Shown here piece after piece: positions 44,864-59,670 of a stretch of DNA of 64,000 nucleotides. The notes beneath the pieces were generated by a model. The model saw only the letters and a list, made by a program, of their open reading frames with translations. It was not told the DNA's origin and ran no database searches. The stretch lies in NCBI RefSeq assembly GCF_009914755.1, contig NC_060934.1; one strand, 5' to 3'. Made by a program: the position numbers and the translations under genes. This DNA comes from the human T2T-CHM13v2.0 reference genome, Homo sapiens. The stretch's first letter is position 1. Each line of letters starts with the position of its first letter.

Positions 44864-45709
44864 TTACCTGAAATATGATATCACAATTGTCCATCAGCAA
44901 AATTGCTAGGATTTAACCTAACAATTTTGGGGTTTTTTAGCTATATCTGAGTTTTTTAGAAGAAAGTCTTCTGATTCTAGCCTTCTTGCCTTTACAACAT
45001 TACAACACAAGATCCCTGAGGCATTGCCACCTTGCTGCTCAAAGCTGCCTTTCATTAATGATTGCTGCTATCCCTCACACTGTTTTTGATTGTCTCCAGG
45101 AGTATCCATGGTATGTTTCTGTGGTGGGATGATGCAATGCTCTCCTAGGCAGTTAGAAAGTTGTTTTTGACCATCTCACATCCCATAAAACAACTTAGAG
45201 TGGGAGGTACAACTAACAAGAACTTACTGAGCATTTAAGATAACAGAAACACACAGGCACATCCAATAAAGTAAAGCTACTGCATAACCCCACAACACCT
45301 TAGGGCGTCATAATCTTATTTTCCACATGGATCCCACATCCTAGACCAGGAAAACTACTCCAGGCCTTCAAAACCCAAATAAACTGACCTCAGGTCCCAG
45401 GTAAAGGAAAGATTTTTATTTCAAACACAATTTTAAGGCCTACTTTCAGAAGTTTTATTCCCTGTCCTAAATGCTTTTTCCCAAAATATTTGACACTAGG
45501 GACAACGATTCCGTTAAGGCAAATGTCCACGCTCATTTTGTATGTGCTTGCTTTATGGACCTAAAAAATCAAAATCAATCCTAACATAGTCTAAAGTTGA
45601 TTCATCTCCTAAAGTCTGGATTATTTTCTAGTTTATAGCTACCATTGTGTAGCAGTCTGAAGATTTAGATATGCTGTATTATGCTTGAAAAATTAAAATT
45701 ACAATTTAT

Positions 45710-46039
<330 letters not shown>

Positions 46040-46710
46040 TTATAAAATTATATAATTTTATATAATGTATAAAATATATATTTAACATTTTATTATATAA
46101 AATTATATAATTTCATCAAATTTTATATAATTTGTATATAAATTATATAAAATTAGCCAATGTATTCTCAATCAAGTAATTGCTTCTATTTTTCTTTTTG
46201 GAAAAATAACTATTTTCACTATCCACAAACATCAGATAATAGACAACTTGCTAATTTGAGGAGTTTTCAAAAACTTCGTAGAAAATCCATACTATGAAAA
46301 AGCTATGCATGGATTTCAATTATTTTTTGCACTAAACAGAACTGGTACTAACATGTTCTAAGATGTCTAAACAAGATCTAGTTTGAGGCACTAACAAGGT
46401 ATCATTTGGAAAACCCTCTATCAGAGCAACATGAATTCTGCTAAAATTGAAGTAAGAACAAACATAAAATTTATAGTGAAGCTTGGATAGAAGAATGGTG
46501 AAATCACTGATGTTTTACTAAAAGTTTATGAGGACAATGTCCCAAAGAAATCAGCGGTTTACAAATGGATAGCTTGCTTTAAGAAAGGACAAGATGATGT
46601 TGAGGATGAAGCCTGCAGAGGCAGACCATCCAATTCAATTTGTGAGGAAAATAATTAATCTTGTTTATGCCCTAATTGAAGAGATACAATAACCAACACC
46701 ATAGACATCT

Positions 46711-47206
46711 TGTACTCAAACACAGGTTTGGCTGCTTGCCACTCGAAGCCCAAACCTGAGAGAGATCAGAGTTGGTGGCAGGAAGAGCAGGTTTACTCAG
46801 AGAGCCAGCAAACCAAGAAGATGGTGGACTATCGTCCTAAAAACCATCTTCAGTCACTACAAATTTCAGGCTCTTTTTATGTTTAGAGAAGGGGGAAAAA
46901 GAGGTAATTTGGATCAAGTGGTGATCAACAATCACAGACATATAGGCACCAGTAAGGTTCCAAGGAGATTGAGAATTTCTTCATCCTTAGTCAGGTAACA
47001 ATGTTCCTATAAATGTTTAACAAAACATTGTTAAAGGTTTACATACTTCTCCTTTCCAGAGTTAGTTTTAAAACTACATGATTGTTGTTTTTGCATGTTA
47101 TCTTAGTGCTCCTAAATTATCCTTGCCTATGTACAGAAATGGTTAAAAGCCCTTTAAACAAAAATGGAGTTAGTTGTGTTAGTTCTTTTGCTGTTTCACT
47201 GTTATT
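46711..47206 (-). mobile_element. MER4-group ERV1 solo LTR (MER65/66/67-like) nested in HSMAR2
   Basis: TG start; 4-bp TSD ATCT (46707-46710 and 47207-47210); transposase sequence resumes directly after; subfamily uncertain. Confidence 0.75.
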
Positions 47207-47922
47207 ATCTCAACTGATTCAGCTTAACCAATTCTGAATGAAAAATTAAAGTTGAACAAACTTTTCACTCAACGTGTGCCAAAGCTTTGTACCCAAATCA
47301 ACTGTAGACAAGAGCACAGCTTTCAATAAAAATCTTAAATAAGTGAGATCACAATCCTGAACGATTTATTCAAAGCATTATAACAGGTGATGAAACATGG
47401 CTTTACCAGTACCATCTTGAAGACAAAGCACAATCAAAGTAATGGCCACTGAGAGGTGGAAGTGGCCCAGTCAAAGCAGGAGTGCACAAGTCAATAGTGC
47501 ACAGCAAAAGTTTTTTCACATGATCAAGACATTTGGTTTATTGACTTTCTGGAAGGCCAAAGAATAACATCTGCTTATTATGAGGGTGTCTTGGGAAAAT
47601 CAGCCAAAGCTTTAGCAGAAAAAAACACATGGAAAAGCTTCGACAGAGAGTTTTTCTCCACCACAACAATGCTCCTACTCATTCCTCTCATAAAACAAAG
47701 GCAATTTTCAAGAGGTTCAATGGGAAATCATTAGGCAGCCACCTTGTAGTCCTGATTTGGTTCCTTCTGACTTCTTCTTGTTTCCTAATCTTAAAAAAAT
47801 CTGTAAAGGTCACCAATGTTTTTTCAGTTAATAATACAAAAAAAAAAAAAAACTGTGCTCATACAATTAAATTCCCAGGACCCTGGATTCTTTAGGGATG
47901 AACTAAATGGCTGGTATCATTG

Positions 47923-48298
47923 TGTATTAGTCCATTCTCATGCTGCTATAAGGACACACCTGAGACTCAGTAATTTATAAAGGAAAGAAGTTTAATTGAC
48001 ACACAGTTCTGCAGGGCTAGGGAGGCCTCAGGAAACTCACCATCATGACAAAAAGGGAAGCAAACATGTCCTTCTTCACATGGTGACAGTAAGGAGAAGT
48101 GCCAATCAAAAGGGGGAAACTCCCTTATAAAACCATCAGATCTCATGAGAACTCACTCACCATCACAAGAACAGCAGCATGGGGTAACCACCCCCATGAT
48201 TCAGTTACCTCACACCAGGTCCCTCACACCATACACGGGAATTATGGGAACTACAATTCAAGATGAAATTTGGATGAGAACACAGCCAAACCACATCA
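47923..48298 (-). mobile_element. THE1D solo LTR nested in HSMAR2
   Basis: tgtattag...ccacatca; perfect 5-bp TSD CATTG. Confidence 0.92.
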
Positions 48299-48342
48299 CA
48301 TTGCTTATAAAAATATCCTGAACTTGATAGTGTTTATGTTGA

Positions 48343-48664
<322 letters not shown>

Positions 48665-48974
48665 TATTTTTAACTTTTAATTCCATTTTTCCATGAACTT
48701 TTTGGAGTCCCCTCTTATTTACTAGAAAGATACAATGCTGTTTTAACACATTTAGGAGTCTCAGTAACATAACCTACAAGGATAGTTTACATAAATAAAA
48801 CAGTATGGGCATTTTTCCAGAATCTAATAGAATTTTCAAGGTATTAATGAGTTCAAGAAGCTTAGAAGGTTATGTGTACATCTGTGGGGGGCATCTGGAA
48901 TCATGCATATGTGCGATTTGGAAAGTTGAGTAATATACCAGAACGAGAAGACTTTATACACTGCAACTTTTTAA

Positions 48975-49829
48975 AAAATATTTTTATTGTATATATTTAA
49001 GATGCACAATATGATGTATGTGTGTGTGTGTGTGTGTGTTGTGTGCATGATTACTACAGTCAAGCAAATTAACATACCTATTATCTTACCTAGTTACTTT
49101 TTCTGTCTTTTCTTTTCCTGTGGTAAGAACACCTAAAATCTATTCTCTTAGCAAATTTCCATGATACAATAAATGTTATTTACTATCATCCTCATGCTGT
49201 ATATTAGGTCTCTAGACTTTTTCATTCTGCATAATTGCAACTTTGTACCCTTTGACCTACATCTTTTCATCCCACCCTGGTAACCACTACCTTACACTGA
49301 TTCTATGTATTCAACTTTATTTAGATTCCAGGTACAAGTGAGATAATGCAGTATTTTTCTTTCTATATCTGAATAATTTCACTTAGCTTAATCTCCTCTA
49401 GGTTCATCTATATTGTCCAATGTCTGAATATTCTTTTATTTTAAAGGCAAAATAGTATTATATTGTGATTGTGTCCACACACACACACACACACACACAC
49501 ACAATTTCTTTATTGACTCATCTGTCAACTGACACGTTGTTTCTGCATCTTGACTATTGTGGGTAACACTGCAATGAACATGGGAGTGCAGATATCTCTA
49601 CAAGGTGCTGACTTCGTTTCCTTTGTGTCTAAACCCAAAAGAGGGATATGATAGTTTTATTTTCAGTTTTTTCAGGAAACTCCATACCGTCTTCTGTAAT
49701 GGCTCCACCGTATACTTTCTCACCAACTGTGCACAAGTCCCCCTTTCTCCACACCTTCACTAACACTTGTTATTGCTTGTCTCTTTGATAATAGCTATTC
49801 TAATAGGTGTGAGGTGATATCTCATTGTA
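48975..49829 (-). mobile_element. L1MA-type 3' end containing (TG)n and (CA)n tracts
   Basis: ttttattgtatatatttaag..caagcaaattaacatac..gtgtgaggtgatatctcattgt. Confidence 0.9.
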
Positions 49830-51043
49830 TAAAAAAAGCTGCTAATTGAAAATCACTTTTTTCTCTTAATTCTTAAGGTGCTTTTGCCAAAGTGTTGTGC
49901 AAGACATTAACTCAATTTTAAATAGACTCTTAAAAGTTCCATAACTTAAGCCTCTTCTTTGAAAGGAATTTCAGTACAGTAAAAAGTTCGGTGGAGTAGT
50001 GAGAACTCTAAATTGCTTTATCAACAGATGTAATATGATCAGAATAATTTGGAGATCACTGGTGAAGAAAGCTAACATTACACAGGCTGACATCTAAAAA
50101 GTGAAATAAAAATATGACCACAATAATTTATGTTTAAAACTTCCACCCCCTTTCTGCAGTTATATTTTAATATTTGGTTTTATTTCTATCCCTATGAGCA
50201 GATTCATGTTTAGATAGACTACATGATATTTTTTTTCTAAAAATCACCCATATCAGTATTTTGCAGTGGCCTATTATGAGAATTACTTCTTAAATATAGA
50301 TTTTCAGTAATTTAACTTTCTTCCCAAAGAAAGATTAAAGACAGATACATTTCTATCAACTCAAGTAAGACCTTTCTGCTCTCATCATTTACATTTTCCC
50401 CCTTATCCTTCACACTGATTCTTAAGTTCCAACTATGTAGACCATAGTATTATTTCAAATGTTGATTTTTAAATGTGACACAAAATAAATGTTCAAAATG
50501 ATACACAATTAAAATTAATGTAAATTCACATCACTGTCAGCGGATTATAGAAACAGAAATGGTGCATGTCATGTGCTTAAAACATAAGGAATAATGTTAT
50601 TAACTAAGAGAAAACAAAATTTATAGCTTACAAGTCATTTTAAGTATAGATTTGTTTTGTAAACACTGAAAAAGCTAAGCTGTACTAATTTTCTAGGTCT
50701 GAAATGCCCTTATTTACTTATTTAGACTTCAAAACATAAAAATAAGTGCCTCCAAAGAAACGATAAAATTATACTGCCTTTAAATTCCAAAATACACCTT
50801 ATTGAATTTAAAATATATTACATACAACTAGATCTGGAGGTAAAAGACAGTCTAAATTACAACTTAAAGCTATGTTCATTTCATGATATTTTTAATAGCA
50901 TGATAAAAGTTAGATCATCTAATTATTTTTCATTAAATCCATACCCATTAATAATGTATGCTTATTAATATCAGAATAATAAAATAAAGAAAGGAAAATA
51001 AGAAGAGATTTTTGTTTTACAAATGTATTTCACTTTATTTACT

Positions 51044-51346
<303 letters not shown>

Positions 51347-51354
51347 AATTTTCT

Positions 51355-52670
51355 TTTATTTTTAGCAGCTTTATTGAGATATAATTCATATCCCATACCA
51401 TTCACTTATTCAAAATTTGTAAGCCAATGGTTTTCATTATATTCATAGATTTGTGCAATAATTACCATGATCAATTTTAGAATGTTCTTATTACTCCCCA
51501 GGGAAAAAAAAATTTCACCCAACCCTGTCTCCCCAGCCCTAAACACACATTAATCTACTTCCTGTCTTTACAGATTTGCCTACTCTGAAAATTTAGTATA
51601 AATGAAATCAAAATAGGCAGTCTTCTGTGACTGAGTCTTTTCACTTACAATGTTTAAAAGGTTCTTTGATGTTTTTGCCTATAGCAATACTTCATTCCAT
51701 TTTATGGTTGTATAATATTCTATTTTACAGTACAAAATTATATATGCATATATAATTTAAAAAAATTTATTCATCAGTTAATAGGCATTTGGTTATTTCC
51801 ACTTTGATTATTTTGAACAATGCTGCAATGAGTATTTTTGTACAAATTAATGTGTGGACATACATTTTTATTCCTATTAGGTAAATGTTTAGGAACGGAT
51901 ACTGGCTGAGTCACATGGTAACTTCATGCTGAACATTTTGGAAAATTGCCAAACTGTTTCCCAAAGTGGCTGAACAATCTTGCATTCCCACCAACAGTGT
52001 ATGAGATTTCAAATTTCTCCACATTCTCTTCACCACTTGTTAGTTCCTGTCTTTTTGGTTATAACCATCTTAGTAGGTGTGAAGTGGTATTGCATTGTGA
52101 CTTTGATTTACATTTCCCTAATGACTAAGGATATCAAGCATCTTTGAATGTGCTGTTCACCATTTGTAAATTTTCTTTGAGAAAAAGTCTATTCATTTAC
52201 TTTGCCAATTTTCTGATTGAGTTCTTGTCTTAATTATTGAGTTTTAAGATTTCTTTATGGCTTCTACTTACGAGTTCTTTATCAGGTATATAATTTGCAG
52301 ATGTTTTCTTTATTTTATAAATTGTTTTTTAAATTAATGTTCTTCAAAGCAAATGTTTTTAGTTTTGATGAAGTTCAATTTGTTTTTGTCTTTTGTTTGT
52401 TCCATGTGCTTTTATGTCATATCTAAGAATTCATTTCCTTACCCATGGTCATGAAGGTGTAATCCCATATGTTCCTTTAATAATTTTATAGTTTTACAAC
52501 TTATTTTATGTATTTGACCAATTTTAAATTGACTTTTGTTTATGATGAGAGAGAGACATTCATATTTATTCTTTTGCATTTGGACATCCCATTGCACAAG
52601 TATTATTTGTTGAAAAGATTATTTTTCTACCATTGGATGGTCTTGACATTCTTGTTAAAAATCGAATAAT
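51355..52670 (-). mobile_element. L1MB-type 3' end
   Basis: cagctttattgagatataattcata start; ccaaactgtttcccaaagtggctg. Confidence 0.9.
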
Positions 52671-52836
52671 TGGCTTGTAAAAACTATACATTATTTAATG
52701 TATACAACTTGTTGAGTTTGGGGATAAGTATACACTACAAAACCATCACCATTACGACCATGAACATGTCCATCTTCTTTCTAACTTTTCTTCTACCTCT
52801 GTGTGTGGTAAGAAAACTTAACATGAGATCTACTTT
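52671..52836 (-). mobile_element. Short L1MA-type 3'UTR fragment
   Basis: tatttaatgtatacaacttgttgagtttggggataagtatacac..gtggtaagaaaacttaacatgagatctac. Confidence 0.75.
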
Positions 52837-53083
52837 TCTCTTCTACTTTTCTTCTTTTCTGTTTATGCCCTAAAGTTTACTGTCTTAGTGATAGCAGCTT
52901 AAAATAAGTAAATATTTGGTAGGATGAGTTCCCTACCTTGACAATATTGTCTTATTGCCTTAGACATTTTTGCCTTTTCTATTTCTTATTAATTCTTATA
53001 CTCACCTTTAACTTTTGAAGTCTCATTTTCTCTCTCTCTTTTCTCTCCCTCTTCCCCCACACCATCTTCCTCTCTCTTTCTCT

Positions 53084-53086
<3 letters not shown>

Positions 53087-53121
<35 letters not shown>
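53087..53121. repeat. (CA)n microsatellite after a CT-rich tract
   Basis: Direct reading. Confidence 0.95.
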
Positions 53122-53122
<1 letters not shown>

Positions 53123-53294
53123 CACAAGCACACAGTCACAAAGTTTCTGATAGCTTTTATAATAAAGATGCATAATAATCTGGATGAAATGTTCACTTCG
53201 CAAAATAGAAATAATCCATTCATAAACATTGTATACACCACCAATTATTTAGGTCTTATTTTATGGTTCTCAATGATTTTTCTATATCAAGAGG

Positions 53295-53436
53295 TTTTTT
53301 TTCCTTTTTTTATTTTTAATAGAGACAGGGTCTTACTATATTGCCTAGGCTGGCCTTGGTCTTGTGGCCTCAATTGGCCCTCCCACCTCAGTCTCCCAAG
53401 TAGCTGTAATCACAAGTGTGAGCCACTGCATCTGCC
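53295..53436 (-). mobile_element. FLAM / Alu monomer
   Basis: Single diverged antisense monomer. Confidence 0.8.
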
Positions 53437-53951
53437 TATACCCAATTTTTGCATATGTTTTATTAGAACCATTCTCAGGTACCTTTAGTTATTATTATTA
53501 TTACAAACAGTGACTTTTCTATAATTACATTTTTAGCAATTCACTGAAATTTTATTCCATTTCTCTGTTCTACCACCCTGAGAAATAATTAGCCTTCCCT
53601 TAGGATATCAAGACTTCTAGAATTCCAGATATTATAGCCAGGTATGTCAACATCTGGTTGATAAGGAGGGCCTTTTCTCCTAGCAGTCACTTTTAATTAC
53701 GGATGGTACCCTTTTCTAGAGTATCACAACTGGTTTGCTGTTGGGTTTCTTGACTAAGATCAGGTCACATGCTAATCATGTCCAGCCATAAAGGAGAATG
53801 AAAATGTAAATATCTGAGTTTTCAGATGCTACACTAGAAAGTGGTTCCTTTCAATTGAGATGGGGTGGTGGTTATAAATGTTGGAAAACAGTAAACAAAT
53901 ATGAGTGAATGTTACAGCTTTCTATTTGAGAAAGCTCATTGCGATAGATGT

Positions 53952-55507
53952 TGATGGTGGCACCAGCCTGTCTAGAACAGCCATTGTGGGGATGCCAGCT
54001 GCTGTGCAGGAGGCACTGCTGAGGCTGCGTGCTTTGTGGAGCCAATGGGGTCTGGGAACAGGCGGGAGCTCCACCCCCTACTGAGTTGGTGAGGCGAGAG
54101 CCCCACACTCCTGGACACAGCTGCAGCCGCCCAGCTGCAGCTCTGGACCAGGGCATTCTTGCACTCTTGGGGGTCCGGGAAGCTCCCTGCCCCCACAGGC
54201 TCAGAAGTGCCTTTTCCTGCTCCCTGGCCTCTCCCCACTCTTGGTGCCCACTTCAATTTTGAAGCAAAGTTGAAGCTGAGCCCATGCACTATCATGACCT
54301 GGCAGGTGTGCGTGCCCTCGGGGAGGCGCTGACACTCCAGGTCTCCTGCTGCCTCAGCCTCCTCTGAAGCTTTGGACAATGAAGAGCTCAGGGAGGGAGG
54401 CTGGAGGTGGGATGGAGGGGCTGAGGGACGCTCAGCACAGGCCTTATAGGTGCCCTTTGGGGTGAAGAGCCTGGGCTCCAGTAACAGCATGTTGATGGCA
54501 GCAGGAGGCAGACAGGTTCCTAAGTGGAAAGGGGTGGGTCCCTGGTGAAGCCCCAGCTTCAAGCCAGGGGTGGCCTGAAGCCTGGGAGCCGGGCTGCCAG
54601 TTCTAGGTAGAGTCCGTCATGGAGAGTGAGAACTTATGGTGCTTTTTCCAGGCCCATCCGTGGCTGCCCATGGACCAATCAGCATGCGCTTCCTCTCTTC
54701 TGAGCTCATGAAAACCCTGGACTCAGCCAGACTTGCACACTCGTCAGGACAACATCCCTGCAGAAAGGAGCTACTTGCCATGTTTCTCCTCTCCTCTGTG
54801 AGCTGGAACCCCATCAGGACAACTTGCCTATGGAAAGGAGCTACCCACTTTGGGTCTCCTGAAAGCTGTTTTGTCACTCAGTGAAGCTCCTCTGCCTTCC
54901 TCACCCTCAAATTGTCCATGTATCTCGTTCTTCCTAGATGCAGGAAAAGAACTGGGACCTGCTGAATGGTGAGAATGAAAGAGCTGTAACACAAACAGGG
55001 CTGAAATATGCCCCCTGCTCACCACATTGTGAGTGATGAGGAGAAAAGAGCTGCAGCCCTTCTGGGAATGCAGACATCAGGTCTCCCTGAACTAGGGCTG
55101 TGGCACTCTCTTTGGGGCTCTGCTTTTGGGCACCATCGCATTCCCCTTGTCTAGATGCTGGTGCCCACAGCCAAAGCTGCTTTTAATATGCCTGGTCTAG
55201 CTTCAGTCTTCCATGGAGCTGGTGCCTGTGCCAGTGCCTGGAACCGCCCACCCCTCTGCCACAGCTGGAGCACCTGGCTGTGTGCAGTGGCTGGACCCTG
55301 CACTCACTTGCTCACACATCCCTCACTGCTCCATGCCTGGCTTGCCCATGGCAGTTAGGGGATGCGGCTGGTAGCACAAGCCGAGCAGGGGCTGCTGGGC
55401 TGAGTGGGTGGAATGAGCCCAGCGAGCACAAGCAAAACCTAAGCAGAGGCACCACCAGCCACAGAGGTTTCTGGCTGGCAAATTGACACCCTAGGAATCC
55501 CATGACA
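53952..55507 (+). mobile_element. MER52 ERV1 solo LTR (~1.55 kb, GC-rich)
   Basis: tgatggtggc...gacaccctaggaatcccatgaca termini and MER52-like interior (catggaccaatcagcatgcgcttcctc). Confidence 0.88.
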
Positions 55508-56193
55508 GCCTGGGCTCCCTGGTTGCCCACTGCATTCTGGGAGAGCTTAAGGATCCACTGTCTTTAACATCAAGTTTTCTAACCTATATCTGTTGAGACT
55601 TTTTAAGTTACATCATTTCAGAAACATTAACCATTTTTCCGTCAGAATCAAAGCCTGAATTCCAAATCTTTTGGTACCAGTAGCATATTTTTACAGTAAT
55701 TTTCATTTTTCAACCCTGGCCGTTCTGATTTTGTAGTGTACCAGCCCCTACTCTGGCATGAGATGGAAAGGCTAGGGAAACTAGGGGTTCAAACATTGCA
55801 TTTTCAGCTGTTTGAGATAATATAAGCTTTGTGTTATGATTCTGCAGGAAAATAAATAAGTAGATAAATAAATAGCACCAAAAAATAACCATTAAATGTC
55901 TCTGAGGGGCAGACTAATGATAAGCCATAAATTAGGGCATAAATACATTGATCAGCTGGCTACTAGCAAACCACCAGAACTCTGCCGCTATCTGGAATGA
56001 TAACCTGTGGGATACAGTCAACTTTCTGCCAGAGCTCCATTTGAGCTTGAGCCTGTCATACTCAGCTGATGCCCAAGTGACCCCTTCTCTCATCTTTCAT
56101 TCATTTTTCATGCTTACATTTTCATACTACCCTGCTTTGTTCCCTTGCCACCTCTTACTTCCCTCCAGAGGTTTACAGCCATAAGTCAATGGC

Positions 56194-56220
56194 AAAAAAA
56201 AAAAAAAAAAAAAAAAAAAA
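56194..56220 (+). repeat. A27 homopolymer
   Basis: Direct reading. Confidence 0.95.
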
Positions 56221-57666
56221 TGCCTTACAATACAGTGCCTCAGTGTAAGATTTAGAAAAAGCTAGAAAGATGACAAGTTGAAAAGATGTTCTCACCCTTG
56301 TAATGGGCTGACTCCTGAATCTGTGTTACCTTCTTGTACAATTCACTGACCTATTTTTCATTTGTTTCTTAACTTGGTTTTAACTTTGGCCTATTATTCT
56401 AAAGTTGGCTTCCAGAATCCAATCTCTATTCTAGTTATTCATTCTTTACTCAAATATAGTTTTAAGGCCCAGTCTTTGCCTAGCACACAATTGAAATGTT
56501 GACCATAATACCCCCTTGATATCTTTCTCATGCTTTATTCTCTGTGAAGAATAGCAGCGTGCACCTTTGTTTATTCCTCATGAATAAAAATATCAATAAG
56601 AATATATGAGTGAGAGCATAGTATGTATTTTATAACACATTGATTTGTCCTGTGACCCTAGGCAATATATATTTTATTAAAATTATACAACAATGAATTC
56701 ATCCTGTTCTTCAATAATTTATCTGAGTAAATTCTTTACAATGGGATTTTTTAACACGGAATGTCACAGATAAAGCCTGGATCGTCTCATCAGAAATTTT
56801 TTACAAATTATTAAATGAACTGGCTATTACTTGGACTCACGGTTTCTAACCTTCAGTCTCACTTGGACTTCTAAGGATGCAACTAACTCCTTCAAACTAG
56901 TGAGATACAGAAAATGTAGCTGCAATACTATAGTACAACATTAACACTCCCATGCACAAAACTGAAAGGGATCATATAATACTGGTGTGTCTACGCTGAG
57001 ATGACATATTGCACGCTAACAAACATTGCAAAATCCAGCACATCAAGAAAATGAAAAATTGTTGAATAGCAGGTGATTGGAATGTTAGATGCCAATGAGA
57101 TCCAGGTATTTTGCTAACTGTTCTAAACACATTTCTTCTGTGAAGAGGAAGCAATACAATGGTGATTGCTTCTCTTCTGTGCCTGCCTTGTATCACACTT
57201 TCAAAAGAAAACAGTCTTTTTAACCATAATTTACAATGCATTATGTAATTGGCTGCTGCAGTGAATATGCAGAAAGTATTTGTTTAATTTAGAATTTAAG
57301 AACTGCTGAGCTTGGTCCAATAAGTGTGGCAAGACAGAACTTCTATACTTTTGTTGAAAGTCAACATTCCACACTCAATACTTAAGCAAGTCCCTTCAAT
57401 ATGTCAGTTTCACCATACATCACTTTCTTTATAAGTTGAGTTCTATTAATGACAGTTTTGATGGCCATTTATGAAGATGAGCTCTTCATAATGCCTTATA
57501 TATATCTCAACTTGTGCTGTGGATATGCCATTATGTAAGTCATTTCCTTGTATTTTTAACAGAAGATGAGCAGTTCAATGATACTGATCGATGTTGGTGG
57601 CTTTTTATATTCTTCTCTAATGAATAATGTGAGGTGCTAGTGGTGCTATGTGTTTGTGTAAGCATA

Positions 57667-57669
<3 letters not shown>

Positions 57670-57717
<48 letters not shown>
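57670..57717. repeat. (TA)n microsatellite, ~24 pure units
   Basis: Direct reading. Confidence 0.95.
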
Positions 57718-57720
<3 letters not shown>

Positions 57721-58711
57721 TACAGAGGTGGTTAAAATATTAAGCCAAGTATTCCCATATGCATGTATGAAATTTGTTTTAATATTTTCATACAATTTTG
57801 GAGTCATTATTAGTGCTATTTAAAGATGACTTACCCTTTAAGATATTTGGCCAAATACCTAAAAATTTTCTTACATCTTATCTTAATCACTTCCATCAGA
57901 TTAACTTGTAAGTCACAGAATTTATGTTATCAGTAATCAGAAAAGATTAAAAAATATAATTTGGGCACCCACTAATAACTCAACTAGGCATCAATACTTA
58001 GCCAAGCAGTACTACAAACCTCAAGATCCCAAATCATTAGCAGCAAATCAAGATTGAGAATAAGGACCATCTCCTAGTCATTCCTCAGGAAAGGTTGGGG
58101 CTCCTGCATAAATTTCCAGGGGTCTTTTAATATCCAATATTATGGAGACCTATTCACATTATAATTTCTGAACATCAACCACTCTCAGTTTAACTTCATT
58201 TATGACTCTTTGCCCTTAAGAGAGCCAGTGACCAACTTCAGGCAGGGGTAATTCCATTTCTCTGAGGAAATCTGTTGTACATCCCATAGACATATTCAGT
58301 CTTCTCCCACTTTTCTGCTTCCATCTCCTCATCTGATGTTTTCCCTCTTTACTTCCATATTCCCTATTTGCCAATCATCAGATACCCCACCTGAGTTAGG
58401 GTATCATTTCATTGTATTTTATTACCATCAGGTAACTGGCAGGAATATCATGAATTTTTTTATCCTTTAAGAAAAGGATCCCTTATTTCTTCAGAATTCT
58501 CTTATCTTTTTTCACCTATGTTTTAAGTATTTTCCTTTGAGATATTTAGCTAATTTGACATTGGTTCCAATTCCCACCTGGTTAGTGGAGATAAGTCTCT
58601 CTCATTCCTGGTATATTTTACACTTTTTAAACCAATGTTATTTGCTTTGCTCTCTGTTCTCTGAATCATTTTTCAGTTTTTACACAAGATAGAGCAAAAC
58701 ACAGAGGTACG

Positions 58712-58830
58712 TAATTTAAATAAACCTGCAACAACCCTAGGGAGAGATATTGTTATACAAATTTTATAAACATAAAAACCAAGTTTAATAACCCACCCAA
58801 AGTCAGGCAATTAATAGATAAATGGTACAA
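58712..58830 (-). mobile_element. MIR fragment
   Basis: caacaaccctaggg..tattgttatacaaattttataa..taacccacccaaagtca. Confidence 0.6.
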
Positions 58831-59554
58831 TTTTGTATCGATTTTATCTCATTTTAGTATCTAAACCTTTCCTATCAGTAAACAGTTTCTCAGGATTTGA
58901 ATTAATATCCTTAACTGTTCCTTTTCTATCTTCCCCACTAGTACACTTTGACCTTGCTTGGCAAATTTGCATAATAATATCTGGATGTAGCATCTTTTTC
59001 TCTGAGGGATATATATTTGCTTATCATTTGTCTTCTGCATTTTCTATAAATACCAGAATTTTTTTGCTAAGAGAACTGGATAATAAACACTATGGAATCA
59101 GAAACATCTAAAAATTTTTTTAAAAATTAATAAAATTTAGTACAGTGAGCACAAAATAAAAGTAATTCTGTGACAGCGACTTTAGCAGGAGACATGAGTC
59201 CAGTAAGCAAATCTGACTGATTTGTTGAAGCATTCTGCCTGCAGGTCAGTGTTGCCTTGCTTGTTGAAAAGCCCACTTTAACCCCCAACTCACTGAAGGG
59301 TACGTTACAGCCTGCTTCATGAAATGTAAAGTTTTCAGGTATGGATGTTTGGCATTTTCACAAATGAGAAATTTGAAATGTTTACAAATAAAATATGCTC
59401 CAAATGACAAATTCACTTACAGGAGGGTTAGAAAGCATCCTATTTTGACAGCTAATTTTACTCTGCTTACTATAAGGAAATTTTCCTGGAAAATCAGAAT
59501 CTTTGGAGCAATATCTAAGTTCAAATCTTATATACTGTGTCCATTATCAATATA

Positions 59555-59670
59555 AGCTTGGAAAATTAAACACCTCTGAATCAAGTTTCCTCATTTGTAA
59601 ACTAAAGACTGTTTACTTAGTTATGATAAGTGAAAGACATCAAATACCTCAGTGCTCAGTTAGTAATAAA
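59555..59670 (+). mobile_element. MIR fragment
   Basis: cttggaaaattaaacacctctgaatcaagtttcctcatttgtaaa. Confidence 0.6.

Noticed and set aside
47629-47895. 88-aa transposase-like ORF as a domesticated gene
   Set aside because: Short in-frame piece of dead HSMAR2; catalytic D is changed to N and the frame shifts soon after
53015-53488. 157-aa ORF
   Set aside because: Reads through a CT/(CA)n tract and an Alu monomer; low complexity
53872-55530. Cluster of ORFs up to 196 aa
   Set aside because: All lie in the GC-rich MER52 LTR, where stops are scarce; no recognisable domain
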